From Chlamydiota bacterium (lineage in GTDB: Bacteria; Auribacterota; JACPWU01): a stretch of 32,000 nt of DNA. Shown here piece after piece: positions 6,329 to 16,363 of this stretch. Each line of letters begins with the position of its first letter. The stretch's first letter is position 1. The DNA is taken from positions 1-32,000 of the forward strand of contig JACPWU010000028.1 of NCBI GenBank assembly GCA_016196885.1. The letters are read 5' to 3'. Position numbers and translations under genes: made by a program. The notes under the pieces were generated by a model. The model saw only the letters and a list, made by a program, of their open reading frames with translations, had not been told where the DNA came from and did no database searches.

Positions 6329-9300
6329 AAATTCTTTTCCTTAATTTTGATTTTTGATTTTTGATTTATTTTTACTAAATACCTCCCCGTATACGATTCC
6401 TTTGCACCCATCACCTCCAGGGGAGAACCCTGGGCTACAATTCTTCCGCCGCCGGCTCCCCCTTCAGGCCCTAAATCCAAAATATAATCCGACTGACGAA
6501 TCAAATCCAAATTATGCTCGATCACAAGGACCGTGTTCCCCAAATCAACCAATTTTTGCAGAATCTTCATCAATTTTTCAATGTCGGCAAAATGGAGTCC
6601 TGTGGTCGGTTCGTCCAAAATATAAAGTGTCTTACCTCGATTTCTCTTGATCAACTCATAGGCCAATTTAATCCGCTGAGCCTCTCCCCCTGAGAGCGTC
6701 GGACTGGGCTGACCCAATTCTAAATAGCCCAGGCCTAGTTCATTCAAAAGCTTCAAAGGGTCATGGATCTTAGGAATATTTTCAAAAAAGGAAACGGCCT
6801 CTTCAAGGGTCATCCCTAAAACTTCTGCGATGGTCTTTCCTTTGAAAGAAACTTCTAATGTCTCTGGATTAAAACGGGCCCCATGACAATCATCGCAAAC
6901 CACATACACCTCGGGTAAAAAACTCATTTCGATTTTGATACGGCCCTGTCCCCCACATTTTTCGCAGCGCCCGCCCACCAAATTAAAACTGAATCGGGCG
7001 GGAGAGTAACCCCTCACCTTGGCCTCCGGCATCATGGCATAAAGCTCTCGCAGGTAGGGATAAAACCCGACATAAGTCGCCGGAATAGACCGCGGCGTTT
7101 TTCCAATAGGGGTTTGATCTACTTCAATCACCCGTTCTATTTTCTCATGGCCTAGAATTTTATCATGCGCCCCGACCCACACGGGAGATTCATCCTTCAT
7201 CCGCCGCAAGCCCTGATAAAGCACATCTCTCACCAACGTGCTTTTTCCGGATCCAGAAACTCCCGTCACACATACGAGACGCCCCAAGGGAATTTTTGCG
7301 TGAACATTTTTCAAATTATGAGCCCTCGCCCCCTTCACTTCTAAGAAAGAGGCGTCCCGCCACGGTCGAGGCTTTATTCCATTCATTTGATAAAGATTTT
7401 TTAAATAGTGGCCGGTCACAGATTTTTCTTCTGCCATAATTTGGTGAGGCGTTCCCTGGGCGATCACCCAGCCGCCTCTTCGACCTGCCCCTGGACCTAA
7501 ATCAATCACATGGTCAGAAGCCAAAATCGTTTCTTCATCATGCTCTACCACAAGCACACTGTTCCCGCGATCCCTTAATTTCTTCAATGTCTCTAGCAGT
7601 TTTTCATGATCCCGTACATGAAGTCCAATGGTCGGCTCATCCAAAATATAGCATACGCCCTGCAAGGCGGATCCCAGCTGAGCAGCCAGACGCACCCGTT
7701 GAGATTCACCTCCTGACAAACTCTGCACGGGCCGATCTAAAGTCAAATAGCCTAGACCCACCTCGTTCAAAAATTCCAGACGATGACTCCATTCTTTTAA
7801 AATGTTCTTCGCAATAAGAAGTTCCCGCTCGTCCAGTTTTAAACGCCTCACATATTGAAGCGTTTGTTGGACAGACATCGCGGTGATATCGGTAATTGAT
7901 TTCCCATGAAAAAATACCGCCCGTGCATCGGGCTTGAGCCTCGTCCCTTGACAAGCTGTACAAGTTTTTTGCCTGGCCTCATCTTCCTCCAACCAAACAT
8001 CTCCTTCTTCTTGAACCTCTTCTTTTGTGATAAATCCCAACCCGTGACATTTAGGGCAGGCCCCATGACGACTGTTAAAGGAGAAAAGGCGCGGGTCTAA
8101 CTCTTTAAAACTGATTTCGCAGCGCGGACAATAACGCTTGAGGCTGTAAAGCTCGTCTTCCCTTCCAGGAACGTTTAAGAAAAAGGAAGATTTTCCAAAC
8201 TGCAAGGCCTCTTCCACCCTTTTCTTCAATTCAAAAGCACTTTTCTCTCCTATCTTTATTTCTGCCAAAAGCGCATCAAGGGTGTGCTCTGAAAAACGCT
8301 CTAATTTAGGGATGGGCAGCACCGAACGAATGCGACCATCCACCCGGGCTTTTGAGATTCCATTTTTCTCCAATTTTTGAAAAATATCTTTGTGATAGCC
8401 CTTCTTCGCTCGAACGAGAGGCGCAAGAAATCGTACGACCTCCCCTTCATGAGACTCTGAAATCCGATCATAAATCTGACGGACTGTCTGAGAACCGATT
8501 TTCTGACCACACTGATGACAATGTTGAATGCCAATTTTGGAATACAGCAGTCTTAAAAAATGATAAATCTCAGTCACCGTGGCCACGGTAGACCGTGCAC
8601 CGCCTTGAGTCAGCCGTTGCTCGATTGCAACCGTCGGCGGAATTCCCTCAATCCAATCAATGTCGGGTCTGGATACCTGCGTCATAAACTGCCGGGCATA
8701 ACTGGACAGACTCTCAATGTAGCGACGCTGCCCTTCCGCAAAAATCACATCATACGCCAAAGTCGATTTACCCGATCCTGAAAGCCCTGTAATCACCACA
8801 AGCTTGTCTCGTGGAATTTCTACGTTGATGCTCTTCAGGTTGTGCTCGCGAGCACCGACGACGCGGATGCATCGTGAATGGGAGATGGGATTTATGGTGA
8901 GGGGTGAGGGGTGAGGGGTGAGTTCTAAGTTTTGGGTTTCGAGTTTTAAATTTTCGATTTTTGAGATGTCATTTTGATTTTCGATTTTTGATTTTTGATT
9001 TGTACCTACTCTTTTCTCTCCTAACACCTCTTTTAAAAACCTGCCCGTATGCGAGGCTTCGCATCGAGCCAACTCTTCAGGCGTTCCAACCCCCACTACT
9101 TGTCCTCCCGCTTCTCCTCCCTCCGGTCCCAAATCAATGCAATGATCTGCACATTTAATCACATCCAGATTGTGTTCAATCACCACCACAGAATTCCCGT
9201 CTTCGATCAAACGCTCAAAGGCCAACAATAATTTTTGAATGTCTTCAGGATGAAGACCCGTGGTCGGTTCATCAAACAAAAAAAGACAATTCTCTCTCCT

Positions 9301-11904
9301 GAGAATTCCCATAAAATAAGCCAATTTTAACCGTTGGGATTCCCCTCCCGAAAGCGTATTCAAAGGCTGACCCAACCTCAGATACCCCAAGCCGATCTCA
9401 TCCAAGACGTTCAAGGGGCGAGAGATTTTCAAATGCTCACGAAAAAATTCCCGCGCCTCATTCACGGTCAAATTCAGAATCTCAGAGACATTCTTTTCCT
9501 GATAACGTACCTCCAACACCTCTTTGCGATAGCGATGGCCCAAACACTCCGGACATTTCACATACACGTCTGAAAGAAATTGCATTTCAATCTTTTCGAA
9601 GCCCTCACCCTCACAGCGGTCGCACCTGCCTCCTTCTACATTGAAAGAAAATGTACTAGGTCCGTAACGACGAACCTTGGCCAAGGAAGTTCGGGCCAAT
9701 AAACCGCGAATGGGGTCAAACACCTTCAAATACGTTGCAGGATTCGATCGAGGAGTTCGGCCAATCGGATCCTGATCCACCAAAATGACATCGCCGATCT
9801 CGTCCTGACCGACAATCCCCTGACAGCGGCCAGGCTGTGCTACAAGATCTCTCCTGATCTTGCGAAGCCCCCGGTAGAGAACCTCTTCAATCAACGTACT
9901 CTTCCCAGATCCGGAAACGCCGGTAATGCAAACCAAAACATCCAAGGGAATCTTGACAGTGATTCCCTTTAAATTATTTTGTGAAGCCTTTTCAATTTGA
10001 ATGGAGCGCTGAAGGAAGGGTCTACGCCGCCTTTGAGGAATCGGAATCTCTAAGGTCCCACTTAAGTATTTTCCGGTGAGAGATGAAGGGTGCTTCATCA
10101 GATCCGAGACGGACCCTTGAAAAACAATTTGTCCTCCCCACTCCCCTGCCCCAGGGCCTAAGTCAATCACGTGATCACAATGACGAATGATGTCCGAATC
10201 ATGCTCTACCAACACCAGCGTGTTTTGATTTCTTTTAAGGCGGTGCAAAATTTGAACCAGCCGCGCATTGTCTCTCGCGTGAAGACCCATGCTGGGTTCG
10301 TCCAAAATAAAAAGGGTGTTCACCAAATTGGTGCCAATGGCCGTCGTCAAATTCACCCGCTCCACTTCTCCTCCCGAGAGCGTTTTCGAAGGACGATCCA
10401 GTGTCAAATAACCTACGCCCACATCTTTTAGATATTTCAATCTCGACTGAATTTCCTGAAGAAGCATTTTTGCAATCTTCTCCTGGGACCCTTTGAAATT
10501 GATTTGCTCAAAAAAAGTGAGTGATTCCTCCACATTCATGGCATAAATTTCGGCAATGGTTTTCCCACCCAATTTAACGCACAACACCTCCCTCTTAAAT
10601 CGCGTCCCCCTGCAATCCTGACAAATCACAAAACTGCGATACCTCGCCAGCAAGACGCGAATATGCATTTTATAGGATTTTGAATTCAGCCAATCAAAAA
10701 ATCCGCGAATCCCATACCATTGGGGCCAATCCCCCTCGCCACGTATCACCCATTCTTGAGCCCAAAGAGGTAAATCCTGAAAAGGAACATCGGTGCTCAC
10801 TCCCTTCTTTCGAGCATGCTCCATCATTTCATCTTGACACTCATGATAGGCCTCGGTCTGCCAAGGCTTCACCGCCCCTTCTTTCAAGGTCTTGCGTCGA
10901 TCTGGAATAATCATGTCCAAATCCATATCAATGTTTCTTCCAAATCCACGACAGGTCGCACAGGCCCCCAAGGGATGATTAAACGAAAAAAGATTTGGAG
11001 TTAAATCTTGATAATAAAGGTCGCAGTCGGGGCAATGATAATGAAGGCTGAATTTTAAACAGTTGGAGGTTTGTTCTTCCAACTTCCAACCTTCAACCTC
11101 TAACCGTTTTATTAAATGAATCGTCAACTTCCCCTTCCCAAACCGATATGCCTGTTCCAAAGAATCCAAACAGCGTGCTCGATTTTCGGAACTTATTTCC
11201 ATATGATCCACAAAAACCTCTAGCGTCTTGCCCCTTTCCTTCTCCAGCAAAGCCTCATCAATGGGCCGGACCTCATTTTCTAAAATGGCCTTTCGAAAAC
11301 CCATGCGCGAAAAACCTTCTAATAATTCTGAAGCCTGTAATTTGGAAGAAAGAAGTAACGGGAAACTCACCGAAAGCATTCCTGTTTTCATCTCTACAAG
11401 AGAACTGAAAACCGCCTCAGGTGTTTCCACACGAACCTCGCGACCACATTTCTGGCAAAAAAGAGTCCCCAATTTCGCAAAAACCAGTTTCACAAAATCC
11501 GTGATTTCTGTCATGGTCCCCACGGTAGAACGGGAACCCCTCACGCGGTCCGTCTGATCAATGGCAATCGCCGGCAAAATTCCTTCGATTTCGTCCACCT
11601 CTGGCTTATCCATGCGGTCCAAAAACTGGCGGGCATACGCCGAAAAACTCTCGACATAGCGGCGCTGACCCTCCGCATAAAGCGTGTCAAAGGCAAGACT
11701 GGACTTCCCAGAGCCGCTCACCCCTGTCACCACCGTCACCTCGCCCATGGGCAGGCGTACATCCACATTCTTTAAATTGTGCTGACGCACCCCCTTGAGA
11801 GAAATAAATCTAGAGCGCTCTTTCGAAGGAATGTCAGAAAAAGCCTTAACATCCACTGGTTTATTTTGAACGGGTTCTTCTAATTTCAACGACATCTCTT
11901 TCAC
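6325..11904 (-). CDS. uvrA: Tandem-fused double UvrA (two complete UvrA-like units in one 1859-aa polypeptide)
   Basis: Four ABC nucleotide-binding domains are present, with Walker A motifs [27 protein letters not shown] and GVSGSGKST and repeated LSGGE signatures. Each half begins with the UvrA signature ..G.R.HNLKN..V..P.....[28 protein letters not shown]. CxxC zinc modules are present in both halves. The GTG start at 11904 lies 5 nt after AGAGGA. Confidence 0.95.
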   Translation of the reverse strand: MKEMSLKLEEPVQNKPVDVKAFSDIPSKERSRFISLKGVRQHNLKNVDVRLPMGEVTVVTGVSGSGKSSLAFDTLYAEGQRRYVESFSAYARQFLDRMDKPEVDEIEGILPAIAIDQTDRVRGSRSTVGTMTEITDFVKLVFAKLGTLFCQKCGREVRVETPEAVFSSLVEMKTGMLSVSFPLLLSSKLQASELLEGFSRMGFRKAILENEVRPIDEALLEKERGKTLEVFVDHMEISSENRARCLDSLEQAYRFGKGKLTIHLIKRLEVEGWKLEEQTSNCLKFSLHYHCPDCDLYYQDLTPNLFSFNHPLGACATCRGFGRNIDMDLDMIIPDRRKTLKEGAVKPWQTEAYHECQDEMMEHARKKGVSTDVPFQDLPLWAQEWVIRGEGDWPQWYGIRGFFDWLNSKSYKMHIRVLLARYRSFVICQDCRGTRFKREVLCVKLGGKTIAEIYAMNVEESLTFFEQINFKGSQEKIAKMLLQEIQSRLKYLKDVGVGYLTLDRPSKTLSGGEVERVNLTTAIGTNLVNTLFILDEPSMGLHARDNARLVQILHRLKRNQNTLVLVEHDSDIIRHCDHVIDLGPGAGEWGGQIVFQGSVSDLMKHPSSLTGKYLSGTLEIPIPQRRRRPFLQRSIQIEKASQNNLKGITVKIPLDVLVCITGVSGSGKSTLIEEVLYRGLRKIRRDLVAQPGRCQGIVGQDEIGDVILVDQDPIGRTPRSNPATYLKVFDPIRGLLARTSLAKVRRYGPSTFSFNVEGGRCDRCEGEGFEKIEMQFLSDVYVKCPECLGHRYRKEVLEVRYQEKNVSEILNLTVNEAREFFREHLKISRPLNVLDEIGLGYLRLGQPLNTLSGGESQRLKLAYFMGILRRENCLFLFDEPTTGLHPEDIQKLLLAFERLIEDGNSVVVIEHNLDVIKCADHCIDLGPEGGEAGGQVVGVGTPEELARCEASHTGRFLKEVLGEKRVGTNQKSKIENQNDISKIENLKLETQNLELTPHPSPLTINPISHSRCIRVVGAREHNLKSINVEIPRDKLVVITGLSGSGKSTLAYDVIFAEGQRRYIESLSSYARQFMTQVSRPDIDWIEGIPPTVAIEQRLTQGGARSTVATVTEIYHFLRLLYSKIGIQHCHQCGQKIGSQTVRQIYDRISESHEGEVVRFLAPLVRAKKGYHKDIFQKLEKNGISKARVDGRIRSVLPIPKLERFSEHTLDALLAEIKIGEKSAFELKKRVEEALQFGKSSFFLNVPGREDELYSLKRYCPRCEISFKELDPRLFSFNSRHGACPKCHGLGFITKEEVQEEGDVWLEEDEARQKTCTACQGTRLKPDARAVFFHGKSITDITAMSVQQTLQYVRRLKLDERELLIAKNILKEWSHRLEFLNEVGLGYLTLDRPVQSLSGGESQRVRLAAQLGSALQGVCYILDEPTIGLHVRDHEKLLETLKKLRDRGNSVLVVEHDEETILASDHVIDLGPGAGRRGGWVIAQGTPHQIMAEEKSVTGHYLKNLYQMNGIKPRPWRDASFLEVKGARAHNLKNVHAKIPLGRLVCVTGVSGSGKSTLVRDVLYQGLRRMKDESPVWVGAHDKILGHEKIERVIEVDQTPIGKTPRSIPATYVGFYPYLRELYAMMPEAKVRGYSPARFSFNLVGGRCEKCGGQGRIKIEMSFLPEVYVVCDDCHGARFNPETLEVSFKGKTIAEVLGMTLEEAVSFFENIPKIHDPLKLLNELGLGYLELGQPSPTLSGGEAQRIKLAYELIKRNRGKTLYILDEPTTGLHFADIEKLMKILQKLVDLGNTVLVIEHNLDLIRQSDYILDLGPEGGAGGGRIVAQGSPLEVMGAKESYTGRYLVKINQKSKIKIKEKNL
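6341..6372. repeat. Heptad-word tract (TTTTGAT x3) encoding the C-terminal tail of the UvrA fusion
   Basis: The sequence ttaattttgatttttgatttttgatttattttt encodes ...[15 protein letters not shown] on the minus strand. Confidence 0.7.
8897..9001. repeat. 15 consecutive heptads forming the in-frame linker between the two UvrA units
   Basis: The sequence is gtgaggg x3, gtgagtt, ctaagtt, ttgggtt, tcgagtt, ttaaatt, ttcgatt, tttgaga, tgtcatt, ttgattt, tcgattt, ttgattt, ttgattt. On the minus strand it is translated as [35 protein letters not shown]. Confidence 0.85.
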
Positions 11905-11987
11905 GTGTATCCTCTCTATCTCAAATCAACAAAAAGCCATTCTCCATCATAGAAAAAATCCAGTAAGTTTGCCATAATATAAAAAGT

Positions 11988-12022
11988 AAATTCGAAATCC
12001 GAAGCATGAAATTCGAAAAGGA
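11988..12022. repeat. Single-arm heptad-word tract (CG-phased family) spanning the hydrolase start codon
   Basis: The sequence is aaattcg aaatccg aagcatg aaattcg aaaagga. It uses the same word family as 19074-19132 and 23480-23507. Confidence 0.6.
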
Positions 12023-12890
12023 AGACTTGAATCTACATTTTACACTCATAGCTCTGATTATGTTTCTCCTTCTGTCACTGATCCTTATCCTGATTTACAC
12101 CCTCCATTATTTTTACACCTCTCTCAAACCCCCCCGCTTCATCACACCCCTCACGCCAGCCCATTATGGATTAAAATGGGAAAATGTTTCATTCAAAACA
12201 GGCGATGGACTTTGCCTCAAGGGGTGGTGGATCCCTCATCTCACTTCTCAGCAGGCGATCATTATCTGCCACGGTTATCCCTTCGATAAAGGAAATGTCC
12301 TTCCTTTGTCCATTTTTCTTCATGAAAATTACCCTCTTTTATTTTTCGATTTTCGCGCCATGGGAGAAAGCGAAGGAAATGTCACTACATTGGGTTACCG
12401 CGAAACTCGAGATATTGAAGCCGCTCTTGATTTTTTGGAAACGAAAGGGATTCATGAAGTGGCTTTGATGGGACTTTCCCTAGGGGCCTCGACTTGTCTT
12501 CTGGCGAGCCGAGACCCTCGCGTTCAAGCGATGATCGCAGACTCGCCCTTTGCCTCCCTGAATCAATTGTTGGATGAGACCCTTTGCAAACTGGGACCGG
12601 CGAAAAAAATTTTTAAAATCCTTCTTGTTCAGCTTGGAAGATGGTTTTTAAAAATAGATATCGCCCAAGTTGAGCCTCTTAAGACAATTCGAGAAGGGAA
12701 AATCCCCATTCTGCTCATCCATGGAGACAAAGACACTTACATTAACCCCTCTCACTCCATGCGGCTCAAAAAAGCACGGCCGGACATTGAATTTTGGCTC
12801 GTCCCCGACAGCCAACACGGCGAGGCGCATGAACGCTACCCAGAGGAGTATGAGAAAAGGATGAATAGGTTTTTGGAAAAGAATTTTTAA
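12006..12890 (+). CDS. Membrane-anchored alpha/beta hydrolase
   Basis: N-terminal TM helix (FTLIALIMFLLLSLILILIYTL). Nucleophile elbow GLSLGAS. A later HGDKDTYI and a C-terminal DSQHGEA are consistent with a Ser-Asp-His triad. Confidence 0.85.
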   Translation: MKFEKEDLNLHFTLIALIMFLLLSLILILIYTLHYFYTSLKPPRFITPLTPAHYGLKWENVSFKTGDGLCLKGWWIPHLTSQQAIIICHGYPFDKGNVLPLSIFLHENYPLLFFDFRAMGESEGNVTTLGYRETRDIEAALDFLETKGIHEVALMGLSLGASTCLLASRDPRVQAMIADSPFASLNQLLDETLCKLGPAKKIFKILLVQLGRWFLKIDIAQVEPLKTIREGKIPILLIHGDKDTYINPSHSMRLKKARPDIEFWLVPDSQHGEAHERYPEEYEKRMNRFLEKNF

Positions 12891-12891
12891 T

Positions 12892-12933
12892 TTGACTTTT
12901 TATTGATAACCATGGTAATATGACCATGGTTAT
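12892..12933 (+). promoter_or_regulatory. Sigma70-type promoter with perfect 11-bp inverted repeat (candidate operator) for the Phd-VapC operon
   Basis: -35 TTGACT (12892-12897), 18-nt spacer, -10 TAATAT (12916-12921). The inverted repeat ATAACCATGGT (12906-12916) / ACCATGGTTAT (12923-12933) brackets the -10. RBS AGGTGAGG lies 4 nt before ATG 12954. Confidence 0.6.
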
Positions 12934-12953
12934 TTTAATAAAGGTGAGGTTTT

Positions 12954-13193
12954 ATGCAACTGCCCGCTGGCCTTTTTAAGGCGAAATGTCTTCGGCTCAT
13001 GGATGAGGTTCAAAAATTCCATCACGAAATCACCATCACAAAATTTGGGAAACCCGTGGCTAAATTGATTCCCTTTGAAGAGAAAAAATCTCCCCTCTCC
13101 CTTTTCGGCCTTCTGAAAGGAGAAATGCTCATCAAAGATGATTTGATCAAACCGATTGACGAAAGATGGGAAGCAGATGTTAAACCCGGATAA
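12954..13193 (+). CDS. Phd/YefM-family antitoxin
   Basis: MQLPAGLFKAKCLRLMDEVQKFHHEITITKFGKPVAKLIPFE matches the ..l...v....e.v.It..GkPvA.l.p pattern of Phd/YefM. It overlaps the downstream PIN gene. Confidence 0.75.
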   Translation: MQLPAGLFKAKCLRLMDEVQKFHHEITITKFGKPVAKLIPFEEKKSPLSLFGLLKGEMLIKDDLIKPIDERWEADVKPG

Positions 13194-13599
13194 GGAACTC
13201 CTGCTCTTAGATACCCACGTTTGGATTTGGCTGATGAATGGTGAGAAAAGACTCAAATCCTCCAAAGACCTTCCCAAAATCGAAAAGGCCGCCCGACATT
13301 CACAGCTTGTTATCTCTGCCATTTCCTTTTGGGAAATTGGAATGTTGGAAGCCAAGGGAAGAATTCAATTTTCACTGAGCTGTCCGGAGTGGCTTCACCA
13401 AGCTCTGTCTGTCCCTGGTATAATCCCCATCGGTCTCACGCCAGAGATCGCAGTGGAAAGCAGCCGGCTCCCTGGGTATTTTCACGCAGACCCAGCCGAT
13501 CGCATCATCGTAGCAACAGCCCGGCAATGCGGTGCCACCCTTGTCACAGCAGACAAAAATATTCTGAACTATAAAAACGTGGATACACTACGTGTTTAA
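13177..13599 (+). CDS. vapC: PIN-domain toxin VapC
   Basis: From ATG 13177: MLNPDKELLLLDTHVWIWL (Asp), ISAISFWEIGML (Glu), ADPADRIIVATA (Asp). The track start at 13156 is an upstream TTG. The gene overlaps the antitoxin by 17 nt. Confidence 0.85.
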   Translation: MLNPDKELLLLDTHVWIWLMNGEKRLKSSKDLPKIEKAARHSQLVISAISFWEIGMLEAKGRIQFSLSCPEWLHQALSVPGIIPIGLTPEIAVESSRLPGYFHADPADRIIVATARQCGATLVTADKNILNYKNVDTLRV

Positions 13600-13603
13600 A
13601 ACC

Positions 13604-14806
13604 TCACTTTTCTCTCAACCTCGAAAGATAAAATCGGTAGGATTTTTCGAGATCTGTGAATTTTAAAACTTTTTCTTTTAAGGCGTCTGGAAGCTGATCG
13701 GATTGGACAGCTTCGGAAAGGGCATTGAGATTGAGATCCGAAAATTTTTCCCATTCGCCAGCCTCCCTTACCAGCCTTTCCAAGGCCCCGCGGCGAGGGT
13801 CATCCTTCAGAGGAAATTTATATACCTCTTTCCCCTTGATTTTTAATTTATAGTCGCTGCCATGCACCACCTCCACCCCCTCTTTCTCGGCATAGGCGAT
13901 CAAGGCTTCTTTGATTTTTTCCAGTTCCTCGTCCATTTGTTTCACCAAATCATTTTTCTTGGTTGATATCTCTGCGTAACGATTGACCAAGGTGACGCCC
14001 GTTTCATTCAAATATTCATGAACCGGCAGCACCTCCACTTTCCGAAGATGTTTCATCAGGGGACAAATATCCACAAACTCACACCAGGGGCAAATCGCAC
14101 TTTCACGCGGCGGAAAATCCTTTGCAGATTCAACTTCGCGAATCACTTGAATGGTTTGCTCTCTCACTTGCGCCAAATCGGAAGGCGAGCGTTCTGAAAC
14201 AAGCTGTCGATCAAAGGCAAGATAATGCCAGACGAGGCGAACCCCTTTCACATCCGGCCATTGCTGCTGGATACCGATTTGATAAAGGGCCAACTGACGA
14301 TCCTGATCCACCTTCTCCTGTGTCGGTAAAGTCTGACCTGTTTTATAATCATGAATTTCAAGAACGCCATCTTCACCCTGGGCCAGCCGATCAATAAAAC
14401 CCATCAGGCGGTATTCCCCGCGTTCATCCAAATTGATAAAAATTTGCTGTTCCAGGCCCAAGGTTCTTGTCTGATCAAAGGGATAGAATTTTCGATAATA
14501 ATCGCGAATACATTTTTCTCCCAACTTCCGATAATTTTCAGCCGTATAATCTTTTTTAATCATCTCCACATTTTCTGACCAATTCTTGCGCCAGTCATCA
14601 TTGTAAAAGGTGAGAAGATCGCCCAGGCTGTTCATCTTGGTCACCTTTAAATCGCGGTAAAGCTTCTCAAGCGTTTCGTGAACGCGTTTGCCCAAAAAGG
14701 CCTCTATCGTCTCTCGGTCTTTCTTAATCCGATCCACGTAGCGGTATTTATATTGAAGGGGACAGGTCTCATAAGTCCCCAAGCGAGAATGAGAATAGAC
14801 TGGCAT
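13604..14806 (-). CDS. PD-(D/E)XK nuclease family protein (RecB/Cas4-like, with Cys cluster)
   Basis: N-terminus YSHSRLGTYETCPLQYKYRYV. Core GFIDRL...LEIHDYKTG (D...ExK-type). QLALYQ motif. C-terminal cluster CPWCEFVDICP, so together with the N-terminal Cys this is a Cas4/AddB-like four-Cys arrangement. A further 130 aa of unknown function follow. ATG 14806 is preferred over the track's TTG at 14815. Confidence 0.85.
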   Translation of the reverse strand: MPVYSHSRLGTYETCPLQYKYRYVDRIKKDRETIEAFLGKRVHETLEKLYRDLKVTKMNSLGDLLTFYNDDWRKNWSENVEMIKKDYTAENYRKLGEKCIRDYYRKFYPFDQTRTLGLEQQIFINLDERGEYRLMGFIDRLAQGEDGVLEIHDYKTGQTLPTQEKVDQDRQLALYQIGIQQQWPDVKGVRLVWHYLAFDRQLVSERSPSDLAQVREQTIQVIREVESAKDFPPRESAICPWCEFVDICPLMKHLRKVEVLPVHEYLNETGVTLVNRYAEISTKKNDLVKQMDEELEKIKEALIAYAEKEGVEVVHGSDYKLKIKGKEVYKFPLKDDPRRGALERLVREAGEWEKFSDLNLNALSEAVQSDQLPDALKEKVLKFTDLEKSYRFYLSRLREK

Positions 14807-14831
14807 TGTTCTCAAATCCTTTTTTAAACCT

Positions 14832-15506
14832 TTATTTTTTTAGATTCCTTTCTTCCAAGTGATGCTTGATGGTCTTTCCCTGAACCAAATAGATCACGTC
14901 CTCGCCAATGTTGGTGGCATGATCAGCAATCCGCTCCAAATGGCGGCCGATCAAAATCAGGTCCACCGCCCTTTCAATCGCCGAAGAGTCTTGAAGCATG
15001 TAAGTCAGAAGCTCTCTAAAAATCTGATCATTCAAATCATCCACTTCATCATCTCGCTCACACACACTGCGAGCCAATTTTGCATCTTGATTCACAAATG
15101 CATCAAGGCTGTCTTTTACCATTTTTTGAGCAAGATTCGCCATGCGTGGAATGTCAATCAAAGGTTTGAGAAGAGGTTTTTTCAAGAGGTCTAGCGTTCT
15201 CTCAGCAATATTAACGGCCAAATCCCCCATGCGTTCTAAATCATTCACAATTTTCATCACCATGATAATCAGCCGCAAATCCGACCCCGCCGGCTGATGA
15301 AGCGCCAAAAGTCTGAAACACATTTCCTCAATTTCAATCTCGAGCATGTTGATCACATCATCAGATCTAACCACACCTTCCGTCATAACCTCGTCTCGAT
15401 TCACCAGAGCCTTGACAGATAGGCTGATCGCATCCTCCACCAGCCCTCCCATTCTCAAAAGTTCTTGCTTTAATTTTCCCAGCTCCTCATCAAAATGTCG
15501 TTGCAT
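14832..15506 (-). CDS. phoU: Phosphate signalling complex protein PhoU
   Basis: MQRHFDEELGKLKQELLRMGGLVE... and two repeats each carrying the E/DxxxD metal motif (ERMGDLAVNIAE, ERIADHATNIGE). RBS AGGAG is upstream. Confidence 0.95.
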   Translation of the reverse strand: MQRHFDEELGKLKQELLRMGGLVEDAISLSVKALVNRDEVMTEGVVRSDDVINMLEIEIEEMCFRLLALHQPAGSDLRLIIMVMKIVNDLERMGDLAVNIAERTLDLLKKPLLKPLIDIPRMANLAQKMVKDSLDAFVNQDAKLARSVCERDDEVDDLNDQIFRELLTYMLQDSSAIERAVDLILIGRHLERIADHATNIGEDVIYLVQGKTIKHHLEERNLKK

Positions 15507-15522
15507 AATAACTCCTGTTTTT

Positions 15523-15596
15523 AGTCGTGAGTCATGGGTCGTGAGTATTAAGGTTTTTATTTTTTACTCACGACTCAAGACCCACAACCCACGACT
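15523..15596. repeat. Heptad-word hairpin, GTCGTGA family, copy 1 (pstB|phoU junction)
   Basis: Left arm: a gtcgtga gtcatgg gtcgtga gta. Right arm: tac tcacgac tcaagac ccacaac ccacgac t. The loop is ttaaggtttttatttttt. Confidence 0.85.
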
Positions 15597-15600
15597 GTTT

Positions 15601-16353
15601 TTACCCGAATCTTCCCGAAATATAATCATTCGTTCGTTGATCTACCGGATTCGTAAAAATCTTGTCCGTCTGGCCAAATTCTACAAGCTCCCCTAAGAGC
15701 ATAAATCCAACATCATCTGAAATACGAGCTGCCTGCTGCATGTTGTGCGTTACAATGACAATGGTGTAACGTTCTTTCAATTGAAAACACAGTTCTTCGA
15801 TCTTGGCTGTCGCAATAGGATCCAAAGCTGAGCAAGGCTCATCCATCAAAAGCACATCCGGTTCAATGGCCAGGAGCCTCGCAATACAAAGCCTCTGCTG
15901 CTGCTCCCCTGAAAGAGACAGGGCCGAATGGTGCAACTTGTCTTTTAACACCTCCCACAATTCTACCGCACTTAAACACCGTTCTACCAGCCCTTCTAAG
16001 TCTTTTGATTTGGCCAAGCCATGAACCCGAGGGCCATAAGCTACATTTTCAAAAATAGAAATGGGGAAAGGATTGGGCCTCTGAAAAACCATGCCAATTC
16101 TTTTTCTCAACTCGGAAAGAAGAATGTCGCGACCAAAAATATTTTTCCCATCAATCAGAACTTCACCCTCTATGCGGACGCCGTCAATTAAATCATTCAT
16201 TCGATTGAACACTCGAAGCAGAGTAGACTTCCCACAACCCGAAGGCCCAATCATAGATGTAATCCGGCACGCCTCAATGTTCATAGAAACATCTTTCAAG
16301 GCGTGGAAAGAGCTGTAGTAAAGATTTAGATCCTGCACATGAATTTTGCTCAT
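15601..16353 (-). CDS. pstB: Phosphate ABC transporter ATP-binding protein PstB, distal copy (canonical catalytic motifs, deviant signature LSGEQ)
   Basis: Walker [11 protein letters not shown]-loop [11 protein letters not shown], signature LSGEQQQRL, Walker [13 protein letters not shown]-loop IVTHNMQQA, and the C-terminal ..YISGRFG typical of PstB. Confidence 0.95.
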   Translation of the reverse strand: MSKIHVQDLNLYYSSFHALKDVSMNIEACRITSMIGPSGCGKSTLLRVFNRMNDLIDGVRIEGEVLIDGKNIFGRDILLSELRKRIGMVFQRPNPFPISIFENVAYGPRVHGLAKSKDLEGLVERCLSAVELWEVLKDKLHHSALSLSGEQQQRLCIARLLAIEPDVLLMDEPCSALDPIATAKIEELCFQLKERYTIVIVTHNMQQAARISDDVGFMLLGELVEFGQTDKIFTNPVDQRTNDYISGRFG

Positions 16354-16363
16354 CGTTTTTTAT

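Noticed and set aside
8897-9001. Possibility that the repeat arrays are CRISPR arrays or minisatellite VNTRs
   Set aside because: The units are 7 nt with no spacers, far below CRISPR repeat size, and no cas genes are present apart from a solitary Cas4-like fold nuclease lacking any array.
6354-11557. About 20 ORFs of 60-109 aa on both strands inside the uvrA fusion
   Set aside because: They are embedded in, or antisense to, a 1859-aa ORF with unmistakable UvrA motifs throughout. Their compositions are biased (Pro/Ser/Arg-rich), as expected for off-frame reads.
11905-12005. SOS (LexA) box upstream of the uvrA fusion
   Set aside because: I scanned the divergent region for CTGT-N8-ACAG, GAAC-N4-GTTC and RGTAC-N3-GTWC patterns and found none. 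I also could not define a convincing promoter by eye, so I made no call.
12930-13355. 141-aa minus-strand ORF
   Set aside because: It is antisense to the Phd-VapC pair, which has a promoter, an RBS and family motifs. The antisense ORF has none.
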